64,000 bases of DNA from an uncultured Bacteroidales bacterium (GTDB lineage: Bacteria; Bacteroidota; Bacteroidia; Bacteroidales; GCA-2748055), in NCBI GenBank assembly GCA_963779845.1, contig CAVZZV010000001.1, positions 182,125 to 246,124 of the forward strand, read 5' to 3'. A program made the translations under genes and the position numbers. Shown here piece by piece: positions 1-9,636 of the stretch. The notes beneath the pieces were generated by a model. The model had not been told where the DNA came from. It worked only from the letters and a program-made list of their open reading frames with translations, and did not search any database. Numbering within the stretch: the first letter of the stretch is position 1; each line of letters begins with the position of its first letter.

Positions 1-1
1 T

Positions 2-400
2 CTAAATCTCAGTTGTAAATTCAGTACCTATCTTTATTCCATTTGTAAAAAAATCTGGATTCAGGAACTAAAAACCCCGATGAACAAAAAACGCATACGC
101 AATGCCATGCCCGACATGGTATGTGAACCGGACTCAAGCTCAGTGCTCGACGACCTGATATATAAGATATTTGAAAAGCATTTCAATGCACTTAGCGAGA
201 ACTGCCAAAAAATCCTGCGGCTTCATTTTAATCGGGCAAGTATAGAGGAAATTCGCGAAATAATGGCTTATAAGAATACTCATCATGTAATGGACCGCAA
301 ATACAGATGCAAAAGAAGTCTGATTAACAGAATTTTAAATGACCCCAAATTTAAAGAGTTAAAAAATGAACTTATCCGAGAAAATAGATCTCTATCTTGA
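2..400 (+). CDS. ECF-type RNA polymerase sigma-70 factor (5'-truncated by the window edge)
   Basis: The frame is open from nt 2 (LNLSCKFSTYLYSICKKIWIQELK, region-2-like FSTYLYSI..KIW) and continues into a region-4-like segment (LSENCQKILRLHF..SIEEIREIMAY..MDRKYRCKRSL). Confidence 0.85.
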   Translation, partial: LNLSCKFSTYLYSICKKIWIQELKTPMNKKRIRNAMPDMVCEPDSSSVLDDLIYKIFEKHFNALSENCQKILRLHFNRASIEEIREIMAYKNTHHVMDRKYRCKRSLINRILNDPKFKELKNELIRENRSLS

Positions 401-1292
401 CGGATTATTGAATGATAATGAGAAATTGGAAATAGAAAAAAGAATAGAGAAGGACCCTGAATTTGCCGGTAAGGTACTGGAATGGAAAAGCATGGACACT
501 ATGATTTCCAATTTTTTAGAATATCCTAAAAGCAAGCCTGATGGAAGACAAAGGCAGCCCACACCGGATCAGCCCCTGCCTCCAATGGAAAATTTAAGCC
601 CATCCAATGACCTTATCAACCCCGGCTTCGAAACAGAGAAACAGTTAAGTCCCCGTCAGGAACTGGAAATTAACGATGACCTTTTCCGCTTTTACCTAAA
701 AGCTCCTGTCAATGATCTTAATGAACAGAGAATAAAAAGTAGAATAGAACATTCTTTCGGGCAAAGGGGGAAAAATTCACGATATAAAAAGATGACTTTT
801 TTACGAATGGCCGCCGGTTTTGGTCTGGTAATTATACTCACCGTAGCAATCTTTACTTTCTTAAAGGAACGCCAATTCAAAAGAAAACTAAACATGGCTT
901 ATGAAACCTATTATAATCCCTTTTTGGATTCTAACCTCTCAACACTGGCGAACGAGGCAGGATTTTCAACATTTACCGAAGTGCAAAAGACTCTGGGTGA
1001 AGTTAAAATCATCTCCAGAAATGATGGTCAGAGTAGCCTTGAACTTCTTTTATCAGGAGTTAATCAGATGCATTATGGGAATTTCGAGACCGCCAAGAGC
1101 GATCTCAGCGCAGGTATGGAAAGCAGTGAACTTTCAATATCGGATGCAGCCAAATGGTATTATTCCTTAATCCTGATAAAAGAAAAGGAGGTCCCTGAAG
1201 CAACCAGGCTGCTAAACCAACTTAGTTCCTCCGGTTCGGTTTATGCAAAGCAATCTGAACAAATAATGGAAAGCTTATCCTGGTTTCCTTAA
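366..1292 (+). CDS. Putative anti-sigma-like membrane protein (N-terminal anti-sigma helix, one TM segment, C-terminal TPR-like helices)
   Basis: Overlaps the sigma gene. N-terminus EKIDLYLDGLL..EKLEIEKRIEKDPEF, TM MAAGFGLVIILTVAIFTF, TPR-like AKWYYSLILIK..EA..LL. Confidence 0.7.
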   Translation: MNLSEKIDLYLDGLLNDNEKLEIEKRIEKDPEFAGKVLEWKSMDTMISNFLEYPKSKPDGRQRQPTPDQPLPPMENLSPSNDLINPGFETEKQLSPRQELEINDDLFRFYLKAPVNDLNEQRIKSRIEHSFGQRGKNSRYKKMTFLRMAAGFGLVIILTVAIFTFLKERQFKRKLNMAYETYYNPFLDSNLSTLANEAGFSTFTEVQKTLGEVKIISRNDGQSSLELLLSGVNQMHYGNFETAKSDLSAGMESSELSISDAAKWYYSLILIKEKEVPEATRLLNQLSSSGSVYAKQSEQIMESLSWFP

Positions 1293-1338
1293 TAAATTAA
1301 AGCAATATTTCTTACATTTAGCCATTCAATAAAAATGA

Positions 1339-3525
1339 ATGGCTGCATTTCCTTTTTTCAAACAACTGGATGCTATGGATTGTGGCCCCTCCTGTCTCAG
1401 GATGGTGGCCAAATTTTATGGCAGGACATATTCACTTCAAAATCTAAGGGAAAAAAGTTACATTACCCGGGAAGGGGTGTCGCTTCTGGGTATTAGTGAT
1501 GCCGCTGAAGCTATAGGTTTGAGAAGCCTGGGCGTATCCCTTACCTTTGACCAACTTTTAAAAGAGGCACCTTTTCCCCTTATTGCACATTGGAAGCAGC
1601 ATCATTTTATTGTAGTCTATAAGGTGAAAGGAAATAAAATCTATGTGGCCGATCCTGCTTACGGATTGATTAAATATAACAAGAAAGAATTTATAAAATC
1701 ATGGGTCAGCAATCAGCAACAGGGAGAAAAAAAAGGTCTTGCATTATTGCTCGAACCTACCCCTGAATTTTATGCCCAGGAGGGAGAAAAAATAAACAAG
1801 TCAAGGTTCAAATTCTTATTTAGCTACATTAGGCCTTATAAGCGGTTTATTTTACAACTGGGACTTGGGGTGGTTATCGCCGGAATCCTTCAGTTGATCT
1901 TCCCCTTTCTGACTCAGGCTATGGTTGATTTTGGGATAAACAACCAGGATATAGCCTTTATTTATCTTATACTCATTGCTCAGCTAATTCTGGTCATCAG
2001 CCGGCAATCTGTAGATTTTATCCGGGGCTGGATATTGTTGCACCTGAGCACCCGAGTAAATATTTCCCTGATTTCAGATTTTCTGATCAAGTTGATGAAA
2101 CTGCCCATTGGTTTTTTCGATACCAAACTTGTGGGAGATCTTTTACAGAGAATTGGCGATCACCGGAGAATTGAAAGTTTTATGACCTCCTCTTCACTCG
2201 ATATTCTTTTCTCCATGTTTAGCCTTTTTATTTTCAGTATAGTACTGGCAATTTTCAGCGTTAAGATATTTTTCATTTTTATTTTCGGGTCACTCCTTTA
2301 TTTTACCTGGGTATACTTCTTTATGAAGCGTAGGAGGGAACTTGATTTTCGCAGGTTTGCACGGCAATCAGAAAATCAAAGCAAACTTATTCAACTGATC
2401 CACGGAATAGAGGAAATTAAGATGAATAATGCCGAAAAACAAAAAAGATGGGAATGGGAATCTATACAGGCAGCACTCTTTAAAGTAGATATCCGAAGCC
2501 TCTCCCTTAATCAATACCAGCAAGCAGGTGCTGTACTGATAAATGAAATTAAAAACATTGTGATCACCTTTATAGCTGCAACAGCAGTTGTACACGGGAC
2601 CATGACCCTTGGTATGCTCCTGGCTGTATCCTATATTCTGGGGCAATTGAATGCACCGATAGAAAGAATGGTCTTTTTTATGCGATCGGCCCAGGATGCA
2701 AAAATAAGCCTTGAACGGCTCTCCGAAATCCATGAGAAAGATAACGAAGAGGAAACGGATGTTACAATAAACTCCCCCGTCACAGGGAAAGATATAAAAA
2801 TCACAGATTTGTCCTTTCGTTATGAAGGGCCTCATTCCAATTATGTGTTAAAAAACCTGAACCTCGAAATTCCGGAAAATCGGGTAACCGCCATTGTGGG
2901 GGTCAGTGGCAGCGGGAAGACCAGCCTTATCAAATTACTACTGGGCTACTATCCTCCCACTTCAGGAGAAATAAGGATCGGGGACCAGAATATTAAGATG
3001 ATGAACCATTCCTTATGGCGCCAGCGGTGTGGGGTGGTTTTACAGAATGGTTATCTTTTTAGCGATACTATTGCAGAAAATATTGCCCTGGGATTCGACT
3101 CACCCGATACAGAGCATTTGTTAAACGCTGCTAAGGTGGCTAACATTGACGAGTTTATATCCCGTTTGCCTCTGGGGTACAATACCAGGATTGGACAGGA
3201 AGGACAAATGATTAGTGGCGGAGAAAAGCAACGAATTCTCATTGCCCGTGCTGTTTACAAAAATCCGGATTTTTTCTTTATCGATGAAGGTACCAGTTCA
3301 TTGGATGCAAACAATGAAAAGGTAATCATGCAAAACCTGGAGAATTTTTACCGTGGAAAAACCGTTATTATTGTCGCACATCGGTTAAGTACGGTAAAAA
3401 ACGCAGATCAGATAGTGGTTCTTGATAAGGGTTCCATTGTAGAACAAGGAACCCATTCTGAACTTACCGCATTGAAGGGACATTATTTTAACCTGGTAAA
3501 AAACCAATTGGAAATGGGAGCATAG
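1339..3525 (+). CDS. Peptidase C39 domain-containing ABC transporter (PCAT, SunT/LagD-like)
   Basis: C39 motifs QLDAMDCGPSCL, HWKQHHF and ADPA, followed by a TM domain, Walker A GVSGSGKT, signature SGGEKQR and Walker B FFIDE. Confidence 0.95.
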   Translation: MAAFPFFKQLDAMDCGPSCLRMVAKFYGRTYSLQNLREKSYITREGVSLLGISDAAEAIGLRSLGVSLTFDQLLKEAPFPLIAHWKQHHFIVVYKVKGNKIYVADPAYGLIKYNKKEFIKSWVSNQQQGEKKGLALLLEPTPEFYAQEGEKINKSRFKFLFSYIRPYKRFILQLGLGVVIAGILQLIFPFLTQAMVDFGINNQDIAFIYLILIAQLILVISRQSVDFIRGWILLHLSTRVNISLISDFLIKLMKLPIGFFDTKLVGDLLQRIGDHRRIESFMTSSSLDILFSMFSLFIFSIVLAIFSVKIFFIFIFGSLLYFTWVYFFMKRRRELDFRRFARQSENQSKLIQLIHGIEEIKMNNAEKQKRWEWESIQAALFKVDIRSLSLNQYQQAGAVLINEIKNIVITFIAATAVVHGTMTLGMLLAVSYILGQLNAPIERMVFFMRSAQDAKISLERLSEIHEKDNEEETDVTINSPVTGKDIKITDLSFRYEGPHSNYVLKNLNLEIPENRVTAIVGVSGSGKTSLIKLLLGYYPPTSGEIRIGDQNIKMMNHSLWRQRCGVVLQNGYLFSDTIAENIALGFDSPDTEHLLNAAKVANIDEFISRLPLGYNTRIGQEGQMISGGEKQRILIARAVYKNPDFFFIDEGTSSLDANNEKVIMQNLENFYRGKTVIIVAHRLSTVKNADQIVVLDKGSIVEQGTHSELTALKGHYFNLVKNQLEMGA

Positions 3526-3577
3526 AGGAGATTGGAGGCTTAGCCATTAATAATTCACCAATTAATACCATCATACC

Positions 3578-4582
3578 CTACATCTCAAACTCCACATCAT
3601 CTTTCTTCAACCAACGGAACCGGCGTGTACTATTATCCCCAAACCTCAAACCGATCATCAGCTCATGTGATCCTGAGGTATAGTTCTTTACAGGACCTAA
3701 AGAAGCATCATAGGCATAGCCAAAGTAGAAAATATCAACATTCAATCCGACCATGGCGATAAGGGTTTTATCGGTTCGGTAAGATAAACCAATCCAATAT
3801 TCATTTTGATAAAACAACTTCGCGTTGATATCAGTCAAATTATCATATTTATTCAACCTTACCAATAAAGAGGGCTCAAGGAGAAACCCAGACTGAAGGG
3901 CGTAACGGTAACCTGCCATAAAATTATAGTTCCTGGCCGTACGGAAATTATCCATCAGGGGATCGGCTCCCAGCTTCAATTCCGAACCAAATAAATCCGA
4001 CATCGCAGCCCCCGCAAATAATCTGGTATCTGTTAAATAAATTCCTATAGTCGCATCCGGGACCCAAAATTGTTTGTCGTTGGTCATGAGTAAAGGATCG
4101 GACGGGTCCACGACGTATGCCTTGCTGTCATCCAGTTTATATTGAAAGGCTGAGCCGGAAATCCCCATTGATAGTTGAAAATTATTGTCAAATTTTAAAT
4201 GGTAGGCATAGGTTAATTGTAGGCCGGTTTTGGATACTATTCCATTCCGGTCGGAGAAAATGTTCGCACCGAGGCCAATATTGGCCACTCTTGATTTCTG
4301 GTTTGCATTATTCCTGACCTGAAGCCGTCGCATGATATAACTATCATTCAGCAAGCGTGTCTGTGCTGTAAGCGCAAAGGTCCTTGGGGCGTTTTCGAAC
4401 CCATGGAACTGTTCCCTTGCAACCATATTAATAAAAGAATAATTGTTTCCGCCGGCCACTGCAGGGTTCACAAGAAATTTATTAACGCTGTATTGGCTAA
4501 AAACAGGAATCTGTTGAGCGGAAATATTGATGCTTCCTGCAAGTATGGTCCCAATCATGAGCGCCCTGATTTGTATATTCAT
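3578..4582 (-). CDS. Type IX secretion system PorP/SprF family membrane protein
   Basis: QQIPVFSQY..N..LVNPAVAG, APRTF, GYAYD..GSHELMIG. Directly follows a type-B CTD cargo gene. Confidence 0.92.
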   Translation of the reverse strand: MNIQIRALMIGTILAGSINISAQQIPVFSQYSVNKFLVNPAVAGGNNYSFINMVAREQFHGFENAPRTFALTAQTRLLNDSYIMRRLQVRNNANQKSRVANIGLGANIFSDRNGIVSKTGLQLTYAYHLKFDNNFQLSMGISGSAFQYKLDDSKAYVVDPSDPLLMTNDKQFWVPDATIGIYLTDTRLFAGAAMSDLFGSELKLGADPLMDNFRTARNYNFMAGYRYALQSGFLLEPSLLVRLNKYDNLTDINAKLFYQNEYWIGLSYRTDKTLIAMVGLNVDIFYFGYAYDASLGPVKNYTSGSHELMIGLRFGDNSTRRFRWLKKDDVEFEM

Positions 4583-4689
4583 TCTTTAAATTTTTTTTCT
4601 CCTTAATTAAGCCCCGAATTAATGATCAAAAAGGCTGGATAACTTGTATTATTGGTATCTGTGTAAGTTAACTATTCTAAAAATATCAA

Positions 4690-7600
4690 TTATCTTACAA
4701 TAGTTACATTCCCTATTAGGGGTGCACTCCCATTCTTAAGGTTTATGATATAATGGTATGATTCCATGGGCAATTCCTTTCCCCCGGATGTACCATCCCA
4801 TTCCTCACCATACCCCCTGGAATAAAAGACTCGTTTTCCCCAACGGTCATATATCTCTACTTCCACTAAGGGATATAGTTCAAGCCCGGCAATTTTCCAG
4901 GTATCATTATGACCATCATTGTTTGGCGTGATAATATCAGGAACCCTGAAGCACATCTCATTGATATAAGAGAGAGTAAAATCCTGCTGTTTCAGACAGT
5001 TATGATAATCCAGAATGTCCACACTATAATTTCCAGGGCTTAAGTTCGAAATTGTATTGTTACTTCCACCGTTATCCCATTCGTAAGTATATGGTGAGGT
5101 ACCGCCCGACAGGGTGAGTGAGATTTCGCCGTTCAGGGCATCCGGGCAATCAGGACGAACAATACTTTCTGAAATGACGATCTCATCTGCCTGAGGTACG
5201 GTAATATTGATGGAAGCCGAACAATTTCTCGAATCTGTTACCAATACTGTATATTCTCCGGCACTAAGGTTATTGAGAGTCTGGGAACTTCCCCCATTAT
5301 TCCAGTCGAAGGTAAACGGACCTTCACCACCGGTAATAATGATGGAGGCAGTCCCGTCCTCTCCTCCAAAGCAGTTGGCACCGGTGATGGTTGATTCTAA
5401 TTGTGGCAAAGGATATACCTTCACCTCCACAGGATCTGAAGCCAAACTGCTTACACCTGCATCATTCTTTACCACAACACTGAAGGTGCCGCTCTCCTTA
5501 ACTAAAATTTCCTGTGTTGTTTCCCCGTTCGACCAAAGATAGGAGAAAGCTGACTCGGAAAGGAGTTCAACCTCGCCCCCTTCACAAAATTCAGTTTCCC
5601 CAGTGACGGTTACCTCGGGCGCCGGCAAATTATTGGTTATTGAAATTTCTACCAAATCGGAACTTATACTGTTACAACCTTTATCGGTGGAAACAACAAC
5701 AGAATAACTTCCTGCTGTTTTTGCATATATTTGCCGGTTTGTCTCGCCATTGCTCCAGAGATAGTTATCGGCCAGTGATGATGTTAAAAGCACGCTGTCA
5801 CCGACTATTATATTGATCGGACCAGCAGGCGTGATTATCGGTTTATCCGGAGTTTCATTCACAAGAACGGAAACAGGAAGACTGGCCGGACTGACACAGT
5901 TATTCACATCTTTTACTGCCAGAGTATAAGTGCCCGTTATGTTGACATTAATGGAAGATGATGTTTCTCCCGACGACCAAACATAGGAACCAGCAGCTGT
6001 GGAGGAAAGCACGACACTTCCCCCTTCACAAAATTCTGTATCACCCGAAACATCAATAACAGGTGGAGGTGGCAGTGCATGAACAATGAGATTAACAGTA
6101 TCACCTGACTCACTCTCGCATCCAAATTCATTTCTGACAATCAGTGTATATCCCCCTGCAGTGCCAGTACTGATGGAAGGTGTAGTTTCGCCAGTTGACC
6201 AAAGATAGGAATCAGCGACCGGAGCGGTTAACAAGGCCTCTTCATTGGCGCATATTTCATTATTATCTATCTGTATTTCAGGCTTATCAGGAAGGCTATG
6301 CACCATAATGGCGACTGGATCGCTCACCGGACTGATGCATGAGTTCGCATCGCCGACCTGAAGCAAATATTCTGCCTCTGTTTTTGCATATATCGTCTGA
6401 TCGGTTTCACCGGTTGACCATAAATAGGAGTCGGCTGCCGGAGCACTCAACTTGACACTGTCCCCTGTACAAAAACTGAGATCTCCTTCGGCAGATATTA
6501 TAGGTTTTACCGGTGGGGCGAGAACAGTGACCAAAATAGTGTCAGAGACCGCTGAAGAACATCCAAACTCATCAAAAACGTTTACGGCATATTTCCCTGA
6601 GCTGTTTACCGTAATCGACCTGGTGGTTTCATTCGTTGACCATAAATAGCTTTGGGCACTGTCTGAGACCAATACCACACTATCTCCCTGACAAAAAGAG
6701 GTCGCACTTTTTGGGGAAACAACTGGTTTTGCAGGCAAAGGTTTAACGTTGATATTTATCTGTCCATCACGGGTATTGCCCCTGGAATCAGTCACTGTTA
6801 AGCTATAAACGATAGTGGCAGCAGGCCGGGCCATGGTCGTATCGTTATTAGGATCGCTCAATCCGGTCAGTGGAGTCCAGCTATACGTAAGTGGTTCCCG
6901 GCCGGTAGCGGAGGCCACCAACCTTGCACCGGATCCGCATTCGCCTATAACCGTATCTGAGGCAGATATCAAAAGCGAAATATCATCATCTATTATGGTA
7001 TAGTTGAAATTAACCGTATCCCCCAACTGAACTCCACCTGTTGGATTGGTGAGGGTTACTGTAAAATACTCATCAGGGAGTTCCACGATAGTATCATTGA
7101 TAATAAGAGGTTGAAGGATATTGGATTTTTGACCCGGATCGAATAGAAGAATGCCGTTATTTAACGAAAAATCGACAGCACCGGGAGTAGCTGTCCCCCC
7201 GCTAATACTATAATTGACTTCAAAAGGAACTGAAACGGCATAATTGAGACTTACATTTATGACAGGTCGTTCGAAGGATTCCTCCCCTTCTCCAGATGAT
7301 CTTTCAAATTGCACAAAAGGCTTAACGGCGGCAATACAAAGATATGATCCATCAGGAATATCCACATTATTTACCATAAGTTCATTTCCTGAAGGAATTA
7401 ATCCATAGGGAATAGCACCCGAAGTAAAATCCCCATCAGAATCTACAAAAACATCATAAGCCAGGAAACCTGCCGGAAGAGAGGGGAGATTATCCATGGC
7501 AATACTAAGCGATAAATTGCCTACTCCATCGTTGTCTGAATTATCGACTATCCATTCCCTTTCGAGTCTAAGGACATTGGTATCGGCATCTGGTACTTCA

Positions 7601-9369
7601 GTACTTGTCCAGCTCGAAAAATCGCCTCCATCATGCCCAAAGAAGAGGAATTCATCATTCTCTAAATCACTCGCCCCGCCAATAGCCAGTACTCCGGCAG
7701 ATTGGGCTTTTGAATGGAGATTCTGGGCATCCACTCTTCCGATTCCGGCTACATCATATCTATGTGATAAATTGAAGGAGTAACGGTCAGCCGTCAGGAT
7801 ATCAATAGCATATTTAGCAGCAAGATAATTGTTTATGATAATCTCCTGTGCGAGGTTTAACTGTTTGTTATAAATGATAATTTCCCCGAGATTCCCACTT
7901 AGATAATTTGTACTGTCTTTGGAAGAACCAATATAAAGAGTTCCATCGGTTACCAGGCTGCTTCCATAATTTTCAACTGACTGATCGGCTGCATTTATGG
8001 AAAGACGGTGCCATGGACTACTAATCGGATTCCCGTTACGAATAATATATGGTGAATTTCCGCCAATGGAGGGACCGTATCGCTTGCTTCCGGAAAAGGC
8101 ATAATAGCGTTCATCCAGTTCTCTGGAAATGCTTGTAGTGGCGAGATTATTTGCATCTCCAAGCGCAATAACCGTTTGGTCCTTGATCTGGTTAAACAGG
8201 TTAACACTAAATATACTTATAGGAGCGGAAATATTTCCCAGTTGAGTGATCATCAGATCATTGTTCCCATCAAAGGTAAGACCCGGCATACCATTTATAC
8301 TATTTTCATGGAAAATAGCCTGTTGAAGCGGGGTATTCTGGCTTAGGTTATTGAGATTCCCACTCTGATCCATCCATGATTTGACAGCTTCTCCATCCAT
8401 GGCAGGATTACCTGTGGTATTTAGAATCCCCGTATCTGCTTTTAACCATATTTCATTGGAGGTACTGTCGCCTACCCCGCCAGGACCTGTGAAACCAATG
8501 ATAGGCGCGGAAGGATCGGTTGCACAAATGCCGAATGTGCCACTTTGGGCCTGATCCCCAAAAATCCGGACAAAAATCGTCTCACCAGGAGTACGGTTTA
8601 AAATGACGGAAGGCATACTGCCAACATTATCAATACATTGTATGTAATTAAGTCCAGCACAGGTACCAGAATAAAGTACCATTATTCCGTAGGATAACCC
8701 TCCCTGGAAAGTTTCAATCTTCAATTGTCCGGAGGCTGGTACTTCGGCCATAAACCAAACATCATTCCCAAAAAAACGATGACAGGCAGGACTGCCAAGT
8801 CCACGGGTATCAAAAGCCCCTTTGTTTGAAAAAATTGACGGACTGCAAACATTCCCTACATTGAGTAGTGCCGCAGAGCATGGATCATTGTTTGCTGGAG
8901 GAGGGTTAGCACTGATTTCCGCAATCCATCCGGAGTCTGTAGGTGACCCGGGTTGCGAAACAAATCCTATATTTATACAACCATCAGGATCGGTAAAACT
9001 AAGCTGAGGAGTGTCAAAATGAAAAACACTCCAATTGCCAACTGAACTGTTCACACGCATGTAATCGTATAGGAGATGCTGGCTGGTATTATCCGGAATT
9101 GTTCCAAGATAATGAGTCCGGAAATGGTTAAAGTCCAAGGTTATTGGATTTCCATTCTCGGAACAAATATTCACATTCCAGTTCTGGTTTGGTGAATACT
9201 TGTCAAACCCTCCATCATCATAAAAGTTGCCGGTATTGGTTGTAATGGTCTCGCCACTAATAAATCCATGGTTTAACCAATAATCATCGGGGTTAGTCTG
9301 CCCTATAACCAAAATATTTATTGAGGCTAGGATCCCGATTGTTGAGATCAATCGTATAAAATCAGGCAT
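4690..9369 (-). CDS. Large T9SS type-B (gliding-motility CTD) surface protein with CUB-like, LamG-like, Calx-beta, Ig-like and SprB repeats
   Basis: Signal peptide. C-terminal VPDIITPNNDGHNDTW..IYDRWGKRVF..WDGT..GNVTIVR. Calx-beta-like INDTIVE.DEYFTVTL. SprB-like CFGGEDG..GG..P.T..W. Confidence 0.9.
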   Translation of the reverse strand: MPDFIRLISTIGILASINILVIGQTNPDDYWLNHGFISGETITTNTGNFYDDGGFDKYSPNQNWNVNICSENGNPITLDFNHFRTHYLGTIPDNTSQHLLYDYMRVNSSVGNWSVFHFDTPQLSFTDPDGCINIGFVSQPGSPTDSGWIAEISANPPPANNDPCSAALLNVGNVCSPSIFSNKGAFDTRGLGSPACHRFFGNDVWFMAEVPASGQLKIETFQGGLSYGIMVLYSGTCAGLNYIQCIDNVGSMPSVILNRTPGETIFVRIFGDQAQSGTFGICATDPSAPIIGFTGPGGVGDSTSNEIWLKADTGILNTTGNPAMDGEAVKSWMDQSGNLNNLSQNTPLQQAIFHENSINGMPGLTFDGNNDLMITQLGNISAPISIFSVNLFNQIKDQTVIALGDANNLATTSISRELDERYYAFSGSKRYGPSIGGNSPYIIRNGNPISSPWHRLSINAADQSVENYGSSLVTDGTLYIGSSKDSTNYLSGNLGEIIIYNKQLNLAQEIIINNYLAAKYAIDILTADRYSFNLSHRYDVAGIGRVDAQNLHSKAQSAGVLAIGGASDLENDEFLFFGHDGGDFSSWTSTEVPDADTNVLRLEREWIVDNSDNDGVGNLSLSIAMDNLPSLPAGFLAYDVFVDSDGDFTSGAIPYGLIPSGNELMVNNVDIPDGSYLCIAAVKPFVQFERSSGEGEESFERPVINVSLNYAVSVPFEVNYSISGGTATPGAVDFSLNNGILLFDPGQKSNILQPLIINDTIVELPDEYFTVTLTNPTGGVQLGDTVNFNYTIIDDDISLLISASDTVIGECGSGARLVASATGREPLTYSWTPLTGLSDPNNDTTMARPAATIVYSLTVTDSRGNTRDGQININVKPLPAKPVVSPKSATSFCQGDSVVLVSDSAQSYLWSTNETTRSITVNSSGKYAVNVFDEFGCSSAVSDTILVTVLAPPVKPIISAEGDLSFCTGDSVKLSAPAADSYLWSTGETDQTIYAKTEAEYLLQVGDANSCISPVSDPVAIMVHSLPDKPEIQIDNNEICANEEALLTAPVADSYLWSTGETTPSISTGTAGGYTLIVRNEFGCESESGDTVNLIVHALPPPPVIDVSGDTEFCEGGSVVLSSTAAGSYVWSSGETSSSINVNITGTYTLAVKDVNNCVSPASLPVSVLVNETPDKPIITPAGPINIIVGDSVLLTSSLADNYLWSNGETNRQIYAKTAGSYSVVVSTDKGCNSISSDLVEISITNNLPAPEVTVTGETEFCEGGEVELLSESAFSYLWSNGETTQEILVKESGTFSVVVKNDAGVSSLASDPVEVKVYPLPQLESTITGANCFGGEDGTASIIITGGEGPFTFDWNNGGSSQTLNNLSAGEYTVLVTDSRNCSASINITVPQADEIVISESIVRPDCPDALNGEISLTLSGGTSPYTYEWDNGGSNNTISNLSPGNYSVDILDYHNCLKQQDFTLSYINEMCFRVPDIITPNNDGHNDTWKIAGLELYPLVEVEIYDRWGKRVFYSRGYGEEWDGTSGGKELPMESYHYIINLKNGSAPLIGNVTIVR
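5405..6740 (-). repeat. Six tandem ~73-aa Ig-like repeats inside the T9SS cargo (boundaries approximate)
   Basis: Six copies of (F/I)CxGxxVxL...Y(L/V)WSxGET..I...G.Y.V.V....C.S..S..V.V.V in the translation. The copies are diverged at the DNA level. Confidence 0.8.
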
Positions 9370-9420
9370 ATTGTTCAGCTAATTATCTTCTAAAGTAACA
9401 AAAAATTATATTATCCTTTA

Positions 9421-9487
9421 TACGCAAGTTCAACAATAGGGTTTGGCTTTTCCATAAACTATAACATTCATTATATTAATAATGAAT
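9421..9487 (-). promoter_or_regulatory. Candidate ECF-type promoter (AAAC-N16-CGTA) with an upstream 9-4-9 palindrome
   Basis: Minus strand AAAC at 9444-9441, a 16-nt spacer and CGTA at 9424-9421. Inverted repeat ATTCATTAT-atta-ATAATGAAT at 9466-9487. Confidence 0.35.
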
Positions 9488-9636
9488 AATGGGGGATGAA
9501 TCTTTTGTTTACTCCCTGCAGAGTTTCAGCCAAAGCAGAGGAATTTGATGCCAGCCGATGGCATTCCAGAATTTACAGAAGCTTATACTGTTCGTCCGGA
9601 GAGATAACAATAATCCCAACGCCCTGGGATGCCCGA

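Noticed and set aside
9510-9632. Several short hairpins downstream of the MFS gene (ATGCCA/TGGCAT, ATCCCA/TGGGAT) as a possible ncRNA
   Set aside because: The stems are only 4-6 bp with no riboswitch or tRNA consensus. They are compatible with a terminator or chance.
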